DNA from: Promethearchaeota archaeon Loki_b32
Lineage (GTDB): Archaea > Asgardarchaeota > Lokiarchaeia > Sigyniarchaeales > SOKP01
Length of the DNA stretch: 32,968 nt
Assembly: GCA_005223125.1 (NCBI GenBank)
Contig: NJBH01000039.1
Coordinates: 1 to 32,968, forward strand
Direction of reading: 5' to 3'
In this document: in pieces, positions 28,956-32,968 of the stretch
Numbering within the stretch: the stretch's first letter is position 1
Layout: each line of letters opens with the position of its first letter
Made by a program: the position numbers and the translations under genes
Notes under the pieces: generated by a model
Seen by the model: only the letters and a program-made list of their open reading frames with translations
The model's database searches: none
Told to the model about the DNA's origin: nothing

Positions 28956-29573
28956 CTAAAGAGTATTAGAACAAGTATAAGTAATTATATCTGAATAACT
29001 ACCAGCTAAGTTTGAATCACTAACTGCTGCCTTATAATACATAATAACTCTTGCATTAGTTACACTACCTGTACTTGAAGCCATATTTAAATCAGTAATT
29101 TCAAATCCACCAACATCATTAGTTGTTGATGCATTATCATATCTGACAGCTATTGTCATAGCAGTTCCAAAATCAGTACTTGTAGCCTGCATACCATAAC
29201 CTTCTGTTTCTGCTGCTAAAGTAGCTGTATTTCCAGAAGCTGCATCAGCTGAACCAATTAAATCAGTAGCCCCAGCAGAATTATATAATCCTGGATCTGT
29301 AGTATCTCCATCATCCTGAACTTTAACAACAGCAACATCACTACTATTAACATTAATTGTGGTACTGCCAAAAGCAGTTGAAACTGCAGCTGTAGTTAAC
29401 TCTCCAAAACTAGCAGTGGTAGTGCTGAAATCACAAGTAATATCCGATGCTATTGTTGCTGAAACAGTAACGTCAGCACTCTTAGTCACATCTAAATTAG
29501 ATGACAATGAAATAATTAAAGCTAAACTTAATACTGCAATAAAAAATAAATCTTTTCTCTTTATTATTATCAT
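28956..29573 (-). CDS. Secreted pilin/WxL-like single-domain protein
   Basis: Signal peptide, DVTVSATI strand, FGELT, terminal AGSYSDIITYTC; Thr/Ser/Ala-rich. Confidence 0.62.
   Translation of the reverse strand: MIIIKRKDLFFIAVLSLALIISLSSNLDVTKSADVTVSATIASDITCDFSTTTASFGELTTAAVSTAFGSTTINVNSSDVAVVKVQDDGDTTDPGLYNSAGATDLIGSADAASGNTATLAAETEGYGMQATSTDFGTAMTIAVRYDNASTTNDVGGFEITDLNMASSTGSVTNARVIMYYKAAVSDSNLAGSYSDIITYTCSNTL
28969..29435. repeat. Copy 1 of duplicated pilin-like domain
   Basis: Colinear with 29704-30176; 45-nt identical tract 29391-29435 = 30132-30176. Confidence 0.9.
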
Positions 29574-29690
29574 TCTTAATTCTATTTTAATTTCCTATCT
29601 TTAAATAAATTGAAAAACGACCTTTCTTTTTTTAATGTTATCTAATCAATTTACCATAATAAGCTAAACTTTAAAATTGTGGAAAACTTC

Positions 29691-30794
29691 TTATTCGCTC
29701 ATTGAACAAGTATAAGTAATTGTGTCTGAATAACTGCCCATTACGTTTGATGCATTAATTGCTGCTTTATAATACATAATAACTCGCCTATTGGTCACTG
29801 CGCCCGTAGTAGAAGCCATAGTAACGTCAGTAATTTCAAAACCGCCAACAGTATTAGTTGTTGATGCATAATCATATCTTACAGCTATTGTAAATTCTGC
29901 ACCGCTTCCCTCATTAGTGCTTGTAGCCTGCATACCATAACCTTCTGTCCCTGCTTCCAAAGTAGCTGTATTTCCAGAAGCTTCATTAGCTGAACCAATT
30001 AAATCAGTTGTAGCACTGGACTTCCATAATCCTGGATCTACACCGTCTCCATCATCCTGAACTTTAATAAAAACAGTATCGGCACTTATAACATTAATAG
30101 TAGTACTGCCATAAGCAGTTGAAACTACACTTGTAGTTAACTCTCCAAAACTAGCAGTGGTAGTGCTGAAATCACAGGTTAAAGAAACACCAGCACTCAC
30201 GTCAAGGCTGGTAGTATCAAACCAGGCAATAGCTTGAGCGCTATTATTATTTCCTGATTTAAGGTCAAAATACCATCTGAACTTATAGGATCCAGTTTCG
30301 TCAAAAAAATCACTAACATCTAACTCGGATGGTCCTGTCCATGCCGTAGCTCCATCAACAAGGGGAAGAGATTCATCACATCTCCAAATCTCTACCCAAT
30401 CATCAGGCAAAGAAGGTCTAGTAATTTCGGCTTTAAGAATGTTAATCCCAGAAGCAGTTGAAACTACACTTCTTTTGCTCCATTGAAGACTTAATTTAAC
30501 CACGTCATCAAGATTAATCTCTGTCCCAATGCTCTGCCAGGCATATCCTTGCATAACAGATCCTTTTGCTACTCCAGTCACACCCTTTAAAGACCCAGCA
30601 GTACCTCCATGATAATAAGTGCCATCGTAGGCAATGGATCCTGCTCCTTGGACATCATACACTACCGTCCAACCAGTAATATCCCCAGTAAAAGTGGGGT
30701 TGTTTAAATACTCGGCAGGATTAGCTTTCGCCACGAAGGCTATGGTCAGAACCACCAGAAGTATTAAAAAAAGACGGAAAGTAGATTTCTGCAT
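29691..30794 (-). CDS. Secreted protein: carbohydrate-binding-like N-domain + pilin/WxL-like C-domain
   Basis: Signal peptide; LNNPTFTGDITGW...WQSI...WFDTTSL resembles CBM-like jelly-roll domains; C-domain paralogous to 28956-29573. Confidence 0.62.
   Translation of the reverse strand: MQKSTFRLFLILLVVLTIAFVAKANPAEYLNNPTFTGDITGWTVVYDVQGAGSIAYDGTYYHGGTAGSLKGVTGVAKGSVMQGYAWQSIGTEINLDDVVKLSLQWSKRSVVSTASGINILKAEITRPSLPDDWVEIWRCDESLPLVDGATAWTGPSELDVSDFFDETGSYKFRWYFDLKSGNNNSAQAIAWFDTTSLDVSAGVSLTCDFSTTTASFGELTTSVVSTAYGSTTINVISADTVFIKVQDDGDGVDPGLWKSSATTDLIGSANEASGNTATLEAGTEGYGMQATSTNEGSGAEFTIAVRYDYASTTNTVGGFEITDVTMASTTGAVTNRRVIMYYKAAINASNVMGSYSDTITYTCSMSE
29704..30176. repeat. Copy 2 of duplicated pilin-like domain
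   Basis: Colinear with copy 1, 6 nt longer. Confidence 0.9.
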
Positions 30795-30797
30795 AGT

Positions 30798-32492
30798 TTA
30801 AAATAAGTAAAGATCATTAAGAGTAATAAATTTCATGGTCAGCAAAGATCTTGGAGCCAAAAATTCAATGATCGGTTTGTCGTCAGTATTAAACCTTTTT
30901 TCATTTTGAACAAAACTTTGAACCTGCAAGTCTCCCATAACCATTAAAAAAAGGAAGTCTTCTGCAGAGTTTATACCCATTCCACCTAGATTTTTCTTTA
31001 TTATTTCTTTGCTTGCCATTTTATTTTTTATTTGTTCTCTGTCTATTTCTATTGGTTCAAATGAACCCAGCAAAAACGTTTCCACGCTACGATTAGGGTT
31101 TTCATTGAGTGCTTTTATGTCATCTATCCACAAAGAAATATTAGGAAAAACAGAATTAAAAGTATTAACCAAAATTTTATGTTCTTCTGGAGAAAATCTA
31201 TGGCCAGGAATCCATTGCAAGAACATTCCGTCCTTATTTAAATGTTCCTTAACCAGCTCAAAAAACTCTTTGGTAAAAAGATGTGAAACTCCAGTAGAAA
31301 CCGGATGAGATGGGGCAGAGATTATCACATCGTATTTTTCTTTTGTAGTTAAAAGATAATTTCTGCCATCAATAACAAAAACCTCAACCCTTGGATCTTT
31401 TAAAATATCATTATTAAATTCTGAAAAATATTTACTGCTCACGTCAACAATAATTGGATCAATTTCTATTGCATCCATTTTTTGAACATCAAAATTCCCT
31501 ATTGCTCCTAGGGTAAATCCTGCTCCCATTCCTATATTTAAAACTTTTTCTGGACTGTGATGCAACAACATAGGAATATAGGCCTGAATAAGCTGATGAC
31601 GCATGTCGTCTGGAAAAGTACTGGCTTCGCCATGACCATCAGATTTTAAACCTAGCCCGGTTTCAGTTTGGGCAACCACTACTGTAGAATAAGGCCCTTC
31701 TTTATAAAAAATAGGTTTTATGGCTGACAGTTCATCTTGAACCTGGTCCCAACTTTCATAAGTTCCCATAAACCACGAATTCAACAAAATTGGGGGCAAA
31801 GAGGTATAAAAACCCAAAACTAAAAAAATTAAAACAATTGGAAGAAGAAATTTGATTTCACTCCGAAAAGTGCTAAATCGAAACATTATTAAAGCCAAAA
31901 GAATATTTATTGTAGCAGCGACCATTACAGTTTTTGTTAATCCAATCAAAGGAATAAGAATAAACCCAGCTAGAAATGGTCCCAAAACTGAACCCAAAGA
32001 ATTAGCAGAATATACATAACTAATGTCTTCCCCTATTTTTTTTAAGTCTCTAGTGAAAATTTTACTCACCACTGGAAAAATTGCTCCCATCATTGTAGTA
32101 GGAATTAACAAAATTAAGAAATAAAATAAAAATTGGGCAAAGAGAAATGGCCAAAAATAGCTATGTAATAATTGATAAAGCCAAAAATAAGGAAACTGGA
32201 CATAGGGTAAAAGAATAATAAACATGATTCCATAAATTCCAATCCCTAATTCAAGCAAACCAAAATATTTTGCTAAATCTTTGAGTTTATCAACCCTCCG
32301 CCCCATTAAATAACTTCCTAAAGCAAGGCCAGCCATAAAAGCGCAAAGCATGGTAGCAACTGCATAGACGGTTGAACCAAAAATTAAAGAAAGTAGTCTT
32401 GACCAAGCTACCTCATAAATCAAGGCAGACATGCCCGAAAGACCAAAGGCAATAAGAGCTGTATTTCTTAATGTAAAAAGTTTCTTCAACAT
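30798..32492 (-). CDS. Fused membrane domain/spermidine synthase-like protein
   Basis: SGMSALIYEVAWSR TM region, YSANSLGSVLG; KVLNIGMGAG, IEIDP, DGRNYL, YDVII, NTDDKPIIEF. Confidence 0.9.
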   Translation of the reverse strand: MLKKLFTLRNTALIAFGLSGMSALIYEVAWSRLLSLIFGSTVYAVATMLCAFMAGLALGSYLMGRRVDKLKDLAKYFGLLELGIGIYGIMFIILLPYVQFPYFWLYQLLHSYFWPFLFAQFLFYFLILLIPTTMMGAIFPVVSKIFTRDLKKIGEDISYVYSANSLGSVLGPFLAGFILIPLIGLTKTVMVAATINILLALIMFRFSTFRSEIKFLLPIVLIFLVLGFYTSLPPILLNSWFMGTYESWDQVQDELSAIKPIFYKEGPYSTVVVAQTETGLGLKSDGHGEASTFPDDMRHQLIQAYIPMLLHHSPEKVLNIGMGAGFTLGAIGNFDVQKMDAIEIDPIIVDVSSKYFSEFNNDILKDPRVEVFVIDGRNYLLTTKEKYDVIISAPSHPVSTGVSHLFTKEFFELVKEHLNKDGMFLQWIPGHRFSPEEHKILVNTFNSVFPNISLWIDDIKALNENPNRSVETFLLGSFEPIEIDREQIKNKMASKEIIKKNLGGMGINSAEDFLFLMVMGDLQVQSFVQNEKRFNTDDKPIIEFLAPRSLLTMKFITLNDLYLF

Positions 32493-32603
32493 CTTATGTA
32501 AATTTTATCAAATTTCAGCAAAGAAAAATAGAGAGAATTAAAATATATCTTTATTTTCTCCATTCTAGTATTTTACCAAAAATAAAAAAATACTTAAACA
32601 GAC

Positions 32604-32634
32604 AAAAGCGCAAATTAAAATTGCGCTTTTTTTT
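32604..32634. terminator. Intrinsic terminator downstream of 16S
   Basis: AAAAGCGCAA-ATTAAAA-TTGCGCTTTT inverted repeat with T-runs in both directions. Confidence 0.82.
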
Positions 32635-32745
32635 GTTTTAGTTTCTTAGAGCTGTCCCGAATAATCGATCTTTTAGGAACTTCGATCAACTCCCCAAAAG
32701 TTAAAATCCAAATTTCAGACTTCAACCTTTATCAACCAAAATTTA

Positions 32746-32968
32746 AAATGTAGTGATCCACGGACAGCTTCCGCTACCCGTGCCTTGTTACAACTTCGCC
32801 CCTCTTACTGAACCCAGCTTAGGCCACATTAAATGCGGACTTCGGCTATTCTCAGCTCGCTTGGCGTGATGGGCGGTGAGTACAAGGCCCAGGGACGTAT
32901 TCATCGCGACATCGCTGATTCGCGATTACTAGCGATTCCAGCTTCATGAGGTCGAGTTGCAGACCTCA
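32746..32968 (-). rRNA. rrs: 16S rRNA 3' end (partial)
   Basis: GGAATCGCTAGTAATCGCG, GAATACGT, h44, GTAACAAGG, h45, GGATCAC. 3' end approximate. Confidence 0.98.

Noticed and set aside
28969-30176. Possible DGR template/variable repeat pair or CRISPR array
   Set aside because: Both copies are coding, differences are not adenine-restricted, no reverse transcriptase in the window, no spacer periodicity.
23604-31308. Plus-strand ORFs opposite the methyltransferase and surface cluster
   Set aside because: Antisense shadows of codon-biased genes.
32640-32752. Possible intron hiding the anti-SD
   Set aside because: No group I core motifs and no resumed CUCCU exon before the terminator.

Overview
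AT-rich bacterial window, genetic code 11, most likely Patescibacteria/CPR (Parcubacteria-like; inferred from rRNA idiosyncrasies, membrane-anchored MurF and the cohesin/dockerin surface cluster). Four blocks. (1) ~1-7.8 kb, defence-island-like: partial PD-(D/E)XK nuclease, trypsin-like protease, LexA::C5-DNA-methyltransferase fusion, HTH-fused putative restriction endonuclease, vsr, EVE/PUA-like nuclease, Doc toxin plus antitoxin, DUF6941-like protein, a stand-alone proteasome-beta-like (Thr1) protein and a membrane-anchored HNH. (2) 7.9-17.1 kb: mreC-mreD-mrdA-lysS-serS-hydrolase-murF-femABX. (3) 23S-5S rRNA with its own promoter, two group I introns (L2500 ORF-less; L1951 with LAGLIDADG) and expansion hairpins. 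(4) An 11.4-kb 16S-23S interval that keeps tRNA-Ile/tRNA-Ala in canonical order but holds 10 CDSs, including a pilin/WxL-like + chaperone-like + dockerin + cohesin cluster; the window ends in the 3' end of a 16S gene lacking the anti-Shine-Dalgarno sequence and carrying an A1405-U1496 pair. Best novel-system candidates: the proteasome-like/Doc cassette, the LexA-coupled R-M module, the usher-less pilus plus cohesin-dockerin apparatus, and non-SD translation signals. All family assignments come from reading motifs by eye, not database searches.
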